This document shows positions 23,041-35,061 of a DNA stretch of 64,000 nt, in pieces. The DNA comes from Selaginella moellendorffii (taxonomy: Eukaryota; Plantae; Lycopodiophyta). The DNA is taken from contig NW_003314324.1 in the NCBI RefSeq assembly GCF_000143415.4, forward strand, positions 571,379 to 635,378, written 5' to 3'. The first letter of the stretch is position 1. Every line of letters starts with the position of its first letter. Under the pieces are notes generated by a model. The model was given only the letters and a program-made list of their open reading frames with translations, did not search any database and was not told the origin of the DNA. A program made the translations under genes and the position numbers.

Positions 23041-25439
23041 GCCCCTTTATTTAATTTCGTTTAAAGTCGTAAAACAAGGCCGCGCTTTTAGGGATCAAAC
23101 CCTTAAAGGAGAGGATGTGAATGTTTCTGAACTCATTCATTGATGATGAGAGGCTTACTCTTTAACAATTTATTAGATATTATTAAGATACTATAAATTC
23201 ATGATTGTATTTATTTTTGTTTTATTTTATATATTTTTTAAATACCTTAATTTTCTAGGTGTACTTAAAAATATGACATCAAAAGTAGATTTTCTTGTTT
23301 ACCATTTTATCAATAATTTTTAATACTCATTTTTTATTTTCAAATGTACAAAAGTGTCCTCATGCGTTTTAGATTTGAAGCTATCTTAGATTAGAGTCAA
23401 GATATAAAGTATATTAGTTGCAGTGGCATATTTGAATACCTTGAAGTAGTAGTAACGGCTTGGTTATAAAGCTTATAATAGTGAGCAGTGGATTATTAAT
23501 ATAAATTAATAATGCTTTGTCTATTTGCATGGCCATGGCTGCTTTTTACTTTGTTGCCAAGTATCTAGGGTTTGGGAACTGTGGAAATGTGTTTGTCATT
23601 TTCAATGACGTTATTTTCAAGTCATTAGACTCGGGGGACTTGCCATTGCAGAACACTTGTAACGAGTATAAAGGCTTTATAGTCTACCATTCATGGTAAC
23701 AAAATTTTTTAAAAGATATTTTATTAAATTGAAGTTATTTACTTCAACTCAAAGTAAGTTGTATAGAACTATAAAAAAAAATATAATTGCTATGCTAGAA
23801 AAAGTTGATTAATATCTATTTATTTTACTACAACAATAAATAAATGCACATAAAAATGACAAATTAAAAATTTTGCATAACATCAAATACTTAATATTTG
23901 TTATGGGATTTGCTGAATATGAGTTATATGTCTTAAAGTTTCTGAATTTAATTTGTGATATGGAAATTTTTTAAAAGAGGAGAATAGAAATAATATTATC
24001 ACTATATGAGTTTTGAAAAAATTGGATTCCTCAAATAATTGTAAGGTATAAATATTTTATTTCACTTTGTTTATTTATTTATTTATATTGTGTTTTTATT
24101 CCACATGATAAATTACATTCAAAATTTTTAGGACTCTTTTATCTTTTAGTTTAAATGTAGCAAATCCCTTGGTAAAGATTGAGTTTTTGATATTATACAA
24201 TTGTTTTCAATTTAGCATGCAAAATTTTCAGTTTGTCTGTTATGCACATAACAGAATTTTTCGTTGTTATAGTCAACACAATGGGCACTAACCACTTTTT
24301 TTTTTGTAATAAATATACTACTTTTTTTATAGCTTTTTGTTACTATATAACTTTAATTCAATGAATTTGTTTTTGAAAAATTATTTGTCTTTGGGTACTG
24401 AACGAACTTTTGCAAAGTTACTTGAATATATTAATTTCACAAGGTATAGTTTTTTGTATTTTAGGACTATAAAAAGAAAATTAAAAATAAATATTAGAAT
24501 GAATATTGGATTTTTTATGTCACATAAGTTTTTTTCAATGACAATCCATTAATTATATAAATTAGTAGATAAAGAGATAAATCCATACATAATTTATCTT
24601 TATACTTTTAATGAAATTAATCAATTAAGAGGACTTTTATACACAGTATTATAAAGCAAAAGAAAAGAGAGGAAAAAGATACTTATATATATGATTATAT
24701 ATATATGTTATATAATTATAGTATCTTAGTAATATCTCATGAGATTTCTTCAATTTATTCATAAGTTTTTTCCAGTTATTCATGGAATTTTCATACCTCA
24801 TCCTATATTCAGATTTAGACTTTATAACATGGATCCAAAAAACTTTGCTAGCAATCCAAGATTATTATTGATTTATTTTCCACTTCGTGGTTATTTTATG
24901 GTAAATCACCATAGAATAAAGGGTAAAAACCACATGTGCTTAAAATTCCAATCATGTTGGTTTTAATTACAAACATATTCTAAATAGCTTTATTCTCTAT
25001 AGTTTTGTTTGTTTATTGGTACTTAAAGTCACCAATTTTCAAAAGACTTCAAACTTCTATGATAAAGCAAGAAGATGCACTAGCCCAGTGCTTTGGATAA
25101 AAACACCATGTAAATAGATAAACAAAAGTGAAACAAGAGATTTAAGATATCCAAAGCATTATGTAAATAGATAAATAAGATATTCAAAAGATTTGTACTT
25201 TATGATTATTTAGTCTCTTCAAAACTTAAGTAGTGGTGATGCTGTCCTCCTCCTCCTTCCCTAGAGAGGCATTTAGATGGTATATCTTACTGCTAAAGTC
25301 CAAAGTCTTCCACAAAGTGGCAACTTCAATGCTCCTTGGAACTCACTTCAATAACCAAGCAACAAAGTCATCGTGATATGTTGTGATTGTGGTCCTAGAC
25401 CCTCCATGATAATCTCTCTAGATCCATCGCACAAAGTTC

Positions 25440-26212
25440 AAGTCAGGGGAGAGTTTTCCAAAGCTGTCCAAGAGCAGTGGTTACAGTTCCAGTAATGGAT
25501 TTGGGATGAAACATGAAGGTCCCAGGGGCTGCTGCTTGAGGTTAAACTAGGAACGTATTGGTCCTTGGAGCTTGCAGCGACTGAGAGAGATGGTTGAGAG
25601 CTCCGGGCCAGAGATGGCGTCAAAGCTTCTAATGTCATTGTTGTCTAAGTAGACAGCGTTCAAGTTGACAAGCTTGGCCATGTTGGTAGGAAGTCCAGTG
25701 AGGTTGTTCACCGAAAGGCCTGTGAGTCTTGGGAGGCCCAAAAGACGTCTAGATTGAAAAGAAGTCCTAAAGATTCAGGAACACAGCTGCTCCGTCAAGG
25801 ACAAGTCTGTGAAGTTGGCCAAGAGAGCTTGGCATTTGTCCTGTAACTCCATTGCTAGATCTTCCAGGGAAGAGAACTGGTCAAAGGAGCTGGGAATGGG
25901 ACCGCGTTTTGGGACAGGTCCAACACTCTGAGCGTTGTCGGGGATTTGTCCTGCAGCTTTGGTGTACGTGCTTTCCTTTTGTTTGTTCAATCGTTTTTGC
26001 GTCCAGCACACTTTTCGTTTCAGTTTCTTTCTTCCTTGAAGTATTTCTAAACCATTGCCATCTTTCGCAGGAGGCTCTTGCGAAGCTTGGGTTCTACAAG
26101 GACATGGAGTATGCTTCTTTCTCTAGTAGCACAGACGGGCTCACGTCCTCAAATTCTCAGCGTTTCCAAGCTGGTAAGCTTGCCAAGCTCAACAGGTATA
26201 CTGCTGCTGACG
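25440..26212 (-). pseudogene. Internally deleted fragment of the secreted LRR gene family (58625-60844)
   Basis: Near-verbatim NNLTGLPTNMAKLVNLNAVYLDNNDIRSFDAISG..PELSTISLSRCKLQGPI, GPIPSSFDQFSSLE and VSSSIPVELGKLTSLETLR segments, with deletions and frameshifts. Confidence 0.9.
25964..26136 (+). pseudogene. Intron+exon fragment resembling pTAC5 peptidoglycan-binding-like domain, inserted inverted in the LRR remnant
   Basis: gtacgtg...tttcgcag intron, then EALAKLGFYKDMEYASFSSST, recalled as similar to plant pTAC5 EALLKLGFYSGEEDMEFSSFSSGT. Confidence 0.65.
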
Positions 26213-26408
26213 GTGGTGGTGGTGGTGGTGGTGGTGGTGGTGGCGGCGCACTTCGTCCCCTGAAGGAGCATACGACTGGCTGTGGTAGTAATGCTGCCCC
26301 TGGAAACCATCACTCGGGCCATAAACATCCGCTCGAATGCTTCTACCGCTCTGAGCTCCGACGATAAGTTGCTCCCACTGCTACCGGACTAGAAATGCAT
26401 CCACCATG
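26212..26408 (-). pseudogene. Copy of the last exon of the neighbouring RING gene (about 29295-29515)
   Basis: ggagcatacgactggctgt(g/a)gtagtaatgctgcccctggaaaccatcactcg..cataaacatccgctcgaa and the (ggt)n His tract are shared with 29295-29480. Confidence 0.93.
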
Positions 26409-26429
26409 AACTCACTGCCACCCTGGCCC

Positions 26430-27450
26430 AGTATACATTCCGAGCTCCCGAGATATCGGAGTAAAGATCGTCTCTTCGAATTCTAGGCATGTCTCTGATT
26501 TTAAGATTGACGTAGAGATCACCGGATGGACCACGGAGAGAGCACAATGTCAGTCACAGAGAAACTACATAGAACAAGCGAGTCCACCGGCAACATGCGC
26601 ACTGACACGGAACACTCCACTTGTCCCTCACCTGTGAGAAAAATAAAATAGAGTCAAAAGTCATCGAAGAATTGCTAACCTGTGAGAACATCCCGAAGTC
26701 TGTTTCTTGTGTCCGCATAACTTCACCCATTCCTCCACAGACTCGATATCTCTTTGTGCTCTTGCTTCTGGCGCTAGTTCCGTTATATGCCTCGCAGCTT
26801 TCCACATGCCATATGTCAAACTGTTTTTCCACTCCAAAAACCGCTTCTTTGAGGTCAGTCAAGGCTCCTGCAGAAGCGTTGTCACGAGAAAAATAATAAA
26901 ATCCAAAAAAAAAGAAGAAGATCTTTTTGTAAGTTGGATCATACCTGAGATCGTTTTCTTGAACTCCAGATCAATCTGCGCCTTTCAAATCTGCTCGGTC
27001 TTTTAAAAACGAGTCAAAAATATGAATGGACTATCCTGCGCACAAAAAGAAACTCTAGATCATCTCTATCAATCGAAAATTGATGCCTTACCGTGGAAGT
27101 TGGCCCTCCTCTTGATGGCTTGGTTTTCATCATCCGAGAGCACCTACATGGGAATGATCTTCATGGAATTGAAAGAAATGCAAATTCTTATCTCGTACGC
27201 AGTAGTGATCGCCTTGAATTTTTCCTCTGCATTGGACTCCTTGTTTATGTTTGGATGAAACTGAAAAACAAAGAAGCTAGCAAACTACAAGCTCGTGAAT
27301 TACAAAGGAGGAAAATCACACCTCTCAAGCAAGTTTTCTGTAAGAAGTTTTGATTTCCTGCTTGCTAAGTGCAAATCCGGAAGCGGGAGCTGCAGTCCTA
27401 CTACTCTGGTAGAATTTGTACACAGCCGCCTCACCTTGATTCGCCATCTT
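26430..27450 (-). pseudogene. Type-I (class A, plastid-like) DnaJ pseudogene
   Basis: SKQEIKTSYRKLA*, FHPNINKE..EEKFKAITTAYE (HPD>HPN, donor GT>AT), VLSDDE, broken Zn finger CEAYNGT..VCGGMGEVMRTQETDFGMFSQV, GPSGDLYVNL; introns retained. Confidence 0.88.
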
Positions 27451-27862
27451 CCCAGTTCTAAATCCCGCACTTCAAGCCTACATTGTCTACATCTGCATTG
27501 GGAATTCTTGGAGCTGGAACAAGACGCACAAAAAATAGCCCTAGTTTGGTGAGAAGAGGAAGACGATGAACATGCGGGAATGATTCATGGTATAGCATTT
27601 TCAAGGTTAAGAAGATTTTCTTATAAATATTTATGTTGCAAAATGTTAAATTTGTAAGGTTTGTAAATACATGTATGTATATAAATATGGTAATACATTA
27701 ATTATGGTACTATAGTATATGGATTATTTATTTTAAACTGAATTTACTCCATCCATTTTTGTATGACTTGTGAGTGCATGGAAAGGGAATATAGAAAATG
27801 TGCATATTAATTAGCCCAAAAACCCTAGTTTATATACATGAGCGAATGGTCTAGATTGAAAT

Positions 27863-28030
27863 CAATCCAATGGCTACTAAAATCCCATCCTGTTAATATT
27901 AGTATACGGCATCATATTTCAATCTAATGGCTACCAAAATCCCATCATGTTAATATTAGTATACGGCATCATATTTCAATCTAATGGCTACCAAAATCCC
28001 ATCATGTTAATATTAGTATACGGCATCATA
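27863..28030 (+). repeat. Tandem repeat, 3 x 57 bp
   Basis: Unit caatctaatggctaccaaaatcccatcatgttaatattagtatacggcatcatattt starting at 27863, 27920 and 27977. Confidence 0.95.
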
Positions 28031-28594
28031 ATTGTACACTTGGCCCTCATAAACCTCAATAATATAAATAAATAACAATTGCTAAAAGAAATGCTAATGT
28101 TACCATTCAGCTAATTTAATGGTAATTTCTAGTCTTAACAAATTACCATTGAGTTCAACTATTAAATTAGAATTTGCAAAATCTAATGTGGTGGTGTGAA
28201 CACATTACAATTAAATTAATTAATTTAATGGTGGGTGTGAAACCCCCTTAATTGCACAATTGTAAACTTGGACTTCTTCATTGTTTCAACTAGACTACCA
28301 CAGTGTTTGCAATAATGAATTGGCAGTAAATAAGGTGGCAAATCTTGGGATGGGGAGAATATTGCTTTTCCTCCATGAGGATGAGATGGGCCATGCCTCA
28401 ATGTCCAAGATTGCAAGATAGATCAACTTATAGGTGTCATTGGTCAGGCAACAAGATCTTAGCCCTCTTCTTTTCCAAGACTATCACAAAGTACATGTGT
28501 TGGAGTTTTGATAAAAAATACTACAAACATATTAGACTCTAGCTATACTTTCACTTTTTTCTTTTTTTCCATTATAGGAGAGTAAGGATAAAAC

Positions 28595-28659
28595 TAGTGG
28601 TGATGTTTTCCTCCCTTTGGCAGTAAAGGACTGCCAAAGGGCGGCCAACATCACCACTA
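28595..28659. other. Strong inverted repeat / hairpin
   Basis: TAGTGGTGATGTT pairs perfectly with AACATCACCACTA, and CCCTTTGGCAGT with ACTGCCAAAGGG, around a 5-nt loop. Confidence 0.85.
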
Positions 28660-29283
28660 ATTTGCAAGCAAAAGCCTTACCCTCATCACACAAATCAACA
28701 AATGTGAATGAAGGGTATATATAAAATATACTTAGATATTTTTAAATATTCTACTTTGTATTTTTCCTTAAAATCCTAGCATTAGAATTAAAATATTCAA
28801 GAATATTCTTTAGGGGAAGTGGTGGAGAATTTATTTTCCACCAAGACGATGCCAAGATCGAAGGGCACTGTCAATGTGCCAATCAATCAATCATTAAGTT
28901 CTCAAATTGTGAAATCAATCAATCCTTGTACTAGAGTTGTTAGGGATTCTAGTTGCTGGCCATCAATCAATTAGCATTGGGAGTTGTGGGGATTGGCAGC
29001 ACCTCCACAGTCACTATAGCAAGGCAATGATGCGAACGAAGTGTGATTAAATAACCTTATATAAATGGTTGTGTGAACGGATTTTCATTAGTTAAAGACT
29101 TTTAAAATGAGTAAATGCTACTATTAACTAATGTTGAGCATTAAAATTTTAAAGGGATTTTTAAAGCTTTTAAGTTAGAGGATCTTAACCTAATTAGAAT
29201 TTTATTCTTTCTTTGCCAATGAATTATTTACTTTATTTACTTGAACCAGAATCACTTAAAATCCGTATTATATATATCTTCAT

Positions 29284-30873
29284 TCACCGTGCATGGTGGT
29301 GGTGGTGGTGGTGCTGTTGGTGACGCGCTTCATCCCCTGGAGGAGCATACGACTGGCTGTAGTAGTAATGCTGCCCCTGGAAACCATCACTCGAACCATA
29401 AACATCCGCTCGAACACTTCCAGACGCTGCCGCCGCTCTGAGCTCCGATGATAAGTTGCTCCCACTGCTGCCCGACTGGAACCAAGGACGCCAGTGTGAC
29501 GACGCATCCACCATAGTTTCATAGCCGGGGGACTCTCTTCTACGCTGCCACTCTCGGTGGTGGCTCTCTCGCTGCTCTCTCGGAGAAGCCACTCTCGATC
29601 CAGCTCCAACTCGGCCTGTGGACGACGATGTTCCATGGGCCCAATGTCTTGATCTTCTCGACGGCCCGTTCCCATGGGCATAAGCCGGCGACGAGGACAC
29701 ATTGGTGGAGGCTAGCCCGTGGTGAGGACACGGGACGTGATGCCATGATGTTGCATTGTTTTCAGGAGATCTGAGCTGCCTGTAAACAATAAAACAGAAA
29801 AAAACGTTAGCACGCAAAGAAAAAACTGCCTTTTCTGGTGAACTTACCCAGAGTAACCAGGCTGCACAGCATCACTGCGGTTTGCAGGAGCAGACCACCT
29901 GAAACGCTCAATAGGTAAGCTTGCAAGTCCAACATCATTCATCATACCAACTGGATTGTGTGCACCACCAGATTGAGAAGCCCATCCAGTTCTTTCATGG
30001 ACTGGAAATGAGTGTGGCCCTCTGATAGTCCCACCTATGGAGCCCCCTCCACCACCACCACCACCAACACTCGGGGGCTCTACTTGGTTTTGCACTACAA
30101 CCAGTTCATCTACAATCTGCCGTGTTGCCGCCCCCCAGTAGGACTGCGCGGGGGAAAAGAAAGGACATACGTGGTGTGCGTTGCTGTTCGTCGGGGCCGC
30201 GGGATGGTTCTCTCCATACAAAACGTTGACAACAACGTTGGGATCTGAATCTGCACGAGAAAAAACAAAACGTTCTCTCAGTCACTAGAATACTGGATGA
30301 AACGAGCACTTACATCCAGTTACTAAAGGATCGATTTCCCTGAGAACAAACGGAAAGAGCACAGTTATAATCAATCCTGAGAGATCCAGGATACTTACTC
30401 CAAGCTGAGAAAGCTCTGATATGGACACCATTGGAAATGGCGTAAGTGCTGCGAGACAAACAAACCAAGATCAGTACGAACCACGAAAGAAAAAACGTTT
30501 TTTTTCTTTCTTTCATACCAGCTCGTGATAGTCCGCCATGCCTGCGTAGACATCATACTCCTCGTCGCTGGACGGCAGATCTACAAAGGCGAAATCCTCG
30601 TGCTGGCGGCATCCAGAAGCATAGAGCCACCGCCCCTCCTCGACGCGCCGGCAATTCGGGCATTGCATAGATCCCTTGGCATTGAAGGCCGAGCCGATAC
30701 AATCTGGAGAAAACAAGAAGATCACAAATCCAGCGAAAGAGGGCTTTTGGCATACCTAGATGGAAATAGTGACCGCATTTGAGCTTCGCGAACGATCTCT
30801 CCCCGACATCGCTGACTTGCTCCAGGCACACCGAGCAAGATTCCAGCGCCGCGCCCTTGGCCGTGACCGCCAT
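29284..30873 (-). CDS. RING-H2 E3 ubiquitin ligase, RFI2/IPI1-like
   Basis: CSVCLEQV..KLKCGHYFHL|DCIGSAFNAKGSMQCPNCRRVEEGRWLYA, later QWCPY and HVCPFF motifs; His-rich C-terminus; multi-exon. Confidence 0.9.
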
Positions 30874-30966
30874 GCCCTCTTATCTCCTCCTCGATCTAGC
30901 TTATGCTACCCTACCCTCGCCCAATAACCCTAAATCAAAATGCCAAGCATAACAAAGGCCTAGGTT

Positions 30967-32753
30967 ATGTTTCGCTCGCTATCGCGGAATCTAAGAGCAT
31001 CTGGCCGGATCCAGAAGGGCCGATCGATGAGCGATGACAAAGGAGCTCGCGAATTCGCGATCGCGCTGGACAAATCAAAGGTAAGACTAGACTAGACCGA
31101 AAAGAACAAATGAAAGAACTTGGCATCTTCGGTGATGTAGAAAATCACGGTTCTCACCGGTGCAGGGATATCCGCGGAATCTGGGGTCCCGACCTTCAAA
31201 GAATGGCGAGAATGGAGTGCCATGGTGCGTTATTTTTGTTTTCTTTATTTTTCCTTGGGTGGTTTTGTTAATGTGCTGCTTGAATTTTTCCTGCTTAGCT
31301 CACGACTCCGGAAGCCTTTGCGGCGAATCCTTCCATGGTGTGGGAGTTTTACCACTACCGGCGGTGAGTTTTAAAGTTTTAGCTCGTTTCGTCCTCTTTT
31401 TTTTCGTTCCTTTGTTTTTTTTTTTTTTTTTGTGCTGTGAAGTTTTAACTAGCGAGATGGTGTTTGATTATAGCTGCATTGTGTCCAAGGCTGTGCCAAA
31501 CGCCGGACACTATGCAATAACAGCGCTGGAGAAGAGATGCGAGCAACAAGGGAAGGAGTTCAAGCTTTTGACACAGGTGATGTTTTTTTTCTTCTTAAAA
31601 CTCCAGCTCGACGTTCTTCGCATTTCTCGTAGAATTCCACCTTTGTTCTTCTCGACAACCTTCGCATTTCTTCTTAGAATTCCAGCTTGTTTTTTCTCGA
31701 CGTTCTTCGCTAAAATGGAATCCTTTTTCTTGTTTTTCGTTTCTTCAGAACGTAGATGGACTGCATAGTCGCGCAGGCACAAAATCCGTGGAAGAACTCC
31801 ACGGCTCGATGTGGAAGACCCGCTGCTGCACCTGCGACCAAGTGCTGCAAAACTTCGACATGCCAATCTGTGCAGCTCTCGATGGAAAGGTAAAACCTCC
31901 TCAAAATCCTTTTTTCCTTCGGCTTTTTTGTTTTTTCTTTCCTGCTTTTGATACGGAACGCCTTCGTGTTTCTTCTTCTCATTTTTGGCTTTCTCTAGAG
32001 CAGGGGTGTCCAGATCCATCAGCTTACGACGCCAACATTCCGAGACTACAGCTCCCGCGCTGCAGGTCATGCAATGGATTACTGAGGCCGCATGTTGTGT
32101 GGTTCGGGGAATCTCTTGATCTCGGTGTCATGGAGCGTGCTCACGAATCACTCCGCCGCTGCGACCTGCTGCTCGTTGCTGGAACTTCCGCTGTCGTCCA
32201 GGTACTCCTGTCGGCCTTCTCGCAATCGCATCACTTTTGGTTCCTGGAAGAATCCTGAATCCTGAATCTGAAGCTTTTTGTGTCCTCTGTTTTCCTTTTT
32301 TCCGCTGGCCTTTTGCGCATGTCTGTCATGATCAATCTTTTCGACCGCCACCTTTTCTTTCCTGCATTTCCTGCATTGTAAGAACATTTTTGTCGCTCGC
32401 AGCCAGCAGCCGGGTTTATTCCGCTTGTGAAAGGTGGCGGCGGCGCGGTTGCGGAATTCAACCTCGAGGAGACACCTGCGACCCGATACTGCAGGCAGGT
32501 TCTTTCCTCATTCTCAGTGTCCTTGTTTCTGTTTTGTTTGCCTTCTCGGTTTCTTAAGCAGTCTCTTTGCTCGCTTAACCTTCGCTGTCTTTCATTTCAT
32601 TCATGAATTCACGAGCTTTGGTTTTCCTGTCAATTCCGCAACAGGTATAGATTCCAAGGGACGTGCGCGGAGGCCTTGCCTCGCAGTCTGGAAATCTCTC
32701 GCCAAGAGCTGCAGGAGCTGGAGCTGGAAGCAGCCAAGAGCGCAGCAGTGTAG
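30967..32753 (+). CDS. NAD-dependent deacylase sirtuin, class III (SIRT5-like), predicted mitochondrial presequence
   Basis: [20 protein letters not shown] leader; [97 protein letters not shown]; 8 exons, last donor GC. Confidence 0.93.
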
Positions 32754-32879
32754 CAAACAACCAAACAAACGAGTCCACGTCCAAATCTCTCGATCCGTGA
32801 CAAGCGAGTCTTTGACTCGCCCGCTCGCTTCGTTTCGGCGAGTCAGGCCAAGCGTGTACTTTGCAAATAAATTCTCCGG

Positions 32880-32883
<4 letters not shown>

Positions 32884-32952
<69 letters not shown>

Positions 32953-32956
32953 CGAG
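32884..32956 (+). repeat. (GA)n microsatellite
   Basis: About 31 GA units followed by gcgaga units. Confidence 0.98.
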
Positions 32957-34331
32957 ATTCGAGCCTGTGACCGTCGTCCTATTCCAGCGCCGTTGCAGGG
33001 AATCGAACCCGTCACCATCACCAGCAGTGCATGCGGCGGCCGTACGCCGGCCGGTCCACTGACCACTTTTGGTGGCCATGGCCATGGCTCCATGGGCCAT
33101 GGCTAAAGGGAGCAATGCATACATGGGGGACACTGCTCTGACAAAGGTATAATGAGGCTGCCAATTTCTTACGGCCAACTTACTTCTGACTTGGCAAATC
33201 TTGTTTTAGATTTTCCTCCTGTGTGTAGTTAGCTCGCTCCGCGATTTTTTACCATGGTAAAAAATCACAAGGATGATCTCGATTCTTGCCTTTAATTTTC
33301 CACGCTGGATTTGATCCGGAAATGCGTGGATGGATAATTTTTTGATCCCGCTAGAATGGAGATTTTGTTCGTCCAACGTCATGCACCGTCACGGGATTAT
33401 CGTCATAATATTCTCCCGATATGCTTGATTAGTTTTATAGTTTGTGTGCTATTGCTATCTTCTTTCTTGCTATCTATCAGCTGAACAGTTGTTCTTGTTG
33501 GTGCTCTGTGGCTGAATCTTACAAATAAAGTCGTGGATGGGCCACGCATCGCCACTACAATTGAAGCAATCAAAATCAAATAAACCTTAGTGCCATGTGG
33601 TTTAAGTTTGTATACGCTTGCATCAATCATAGACTTTGGGCCACGACGAGAGGGCGATGGATTTGCGACGAGTATCAAGCTTAAAAAAACCCTTGCGAGA
33701 TTTTTGACCCTGTTTCATACATCATGGTAAACAGCAAACACCATTGAAAACTCGCCACTGTTGTCACGCGGAAAATATCAAAACCATCCATTAACTTGCA
33801 CGATATAATTGGAGCGCATAAACTATAGTAAAATCTAAAAACAATGATCATCCATCTTATGATCTGCTCCTCACAAGATGGGATGTTTCTCGTTGTTTCA
33901 GGCTCCTTTTCTGTCCCATATTATTCTTTAGTGATCCTATCAAGATGCTTTTAGGTCAAAAAAAGAGGGCTTCGAGAGTAACGAACACATACCGTTGGAG
34001 GTGACAAAGAATGATTTCTGTGCAATGTACCACATTCTATACATGTTGGTTTTCACGTCTATAGGTTTTACTTTAGTCGGCCAGTCAAAAGTGAAATTTT
34101 GGGAGCGCGAAATTCCTGCCCCCCATGCATGCCACATCAAATCACCAGCAGCGCCGGCATCATGTGGCGCATGCCCATGGCTGGCCATGCCCATATTGAT
34201 GGCCATGGGAATGTATGCGATATCATGGCCATGGCCCCCATTTACAGACCCCCACGATCGCCCTCACGCCTGACGGTCATGGCGCATACTCCGCCCTTTG
34301 AGCCCCCCAGGTGTGACGGCTCAAGCGCCAC

Positions 34332-34342
34332 ACTATATAAGC
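34332..34342 (+). promoter_or_regulatory. TATA box (CTATATAAG) of the bHLH gene
   Basis: Consensus TATA followed about 35 bp later by a CT-rich leader typical of plant 5' UTRs. Confidence 0.55.
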
Positions 34343-35061
34343 GTACGATGTCCGTAGCTTGGTGCTAGGGTCTCCTCTCTCTCTCTCTTTCTTTCTCTCT
34401 CTGGTGCTATTTCGATCGATCGAGCGTTCTTGCGCTCTCGATTTCATGCTGTGTCTATCGATTGTTCGCGATAGAGGCGTCTCATCGAGCCTGCTCCTCC
34501 TGCTGCGATCTTACGAGGGTTTTGTGAGGGTTTCCGAGATTGTTTTCGAGTAGTACTTCACTTCCAGGTGAGAGATCCCATGGAGATTGTGGCATTCGAC
34601 GCGCTAGGCGGCTGCAATCGACCGGCGCAGTAGCCCGGGCTGGACAGGAATTCCGTGAATCCACGAAGACGGAGCAGCAGTACCGGCGTCGGGGCTCCGG
34701 ATCGCCGAAATTCTCTTTGCTCATGGCACAGGTCGGGCCGAGGTCTTGGAACCGTGACCGTGTTCACGCCGAGAACAAGAATGCGAGCGAAGAAAATCGC
34801 GAGTAGGCGTCAGAGAAATCCAAGGTAGGCTCGTGATATTGCGGCTCATCCTATCTTTTTCCTACGCCCGGGGCTCTCGGATCGCATCGCGCGCCTCTCC
34901 ATCTCCATGGTGGAGTCTTCTCGCCAGAAAGCCAGAAGAATGCGAGCTCCCAAGAGCAAGATCTAGGGGGAGGCACTGCAATCTCCGCGCGTATCCCCTG
35001 CTGAGAAGAAAATTCCGGTGTGGAGGCTTGGAGATTTGCGAAGGTTTCGAGCAAGCCAGCC

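Noticed and set aside
20743-27450. DnaJ pseudogene as a copy of neighbouring ERdj3B
   Set aside because: It has a class-A zinc-finger/TDFGMFSQV signature absent from ERdj3B, so it comes from a different donor.
27863-28030. Repeat array as possible CRISPR
   Set aside because: Head-to-tail 57-bp units without unique spacers, eukaryotic context, no cas genes.
32434-33178. ORFs with ERERER/SLSLSL runs
   Set aside because: Translations of the (GA)n microsatellite.
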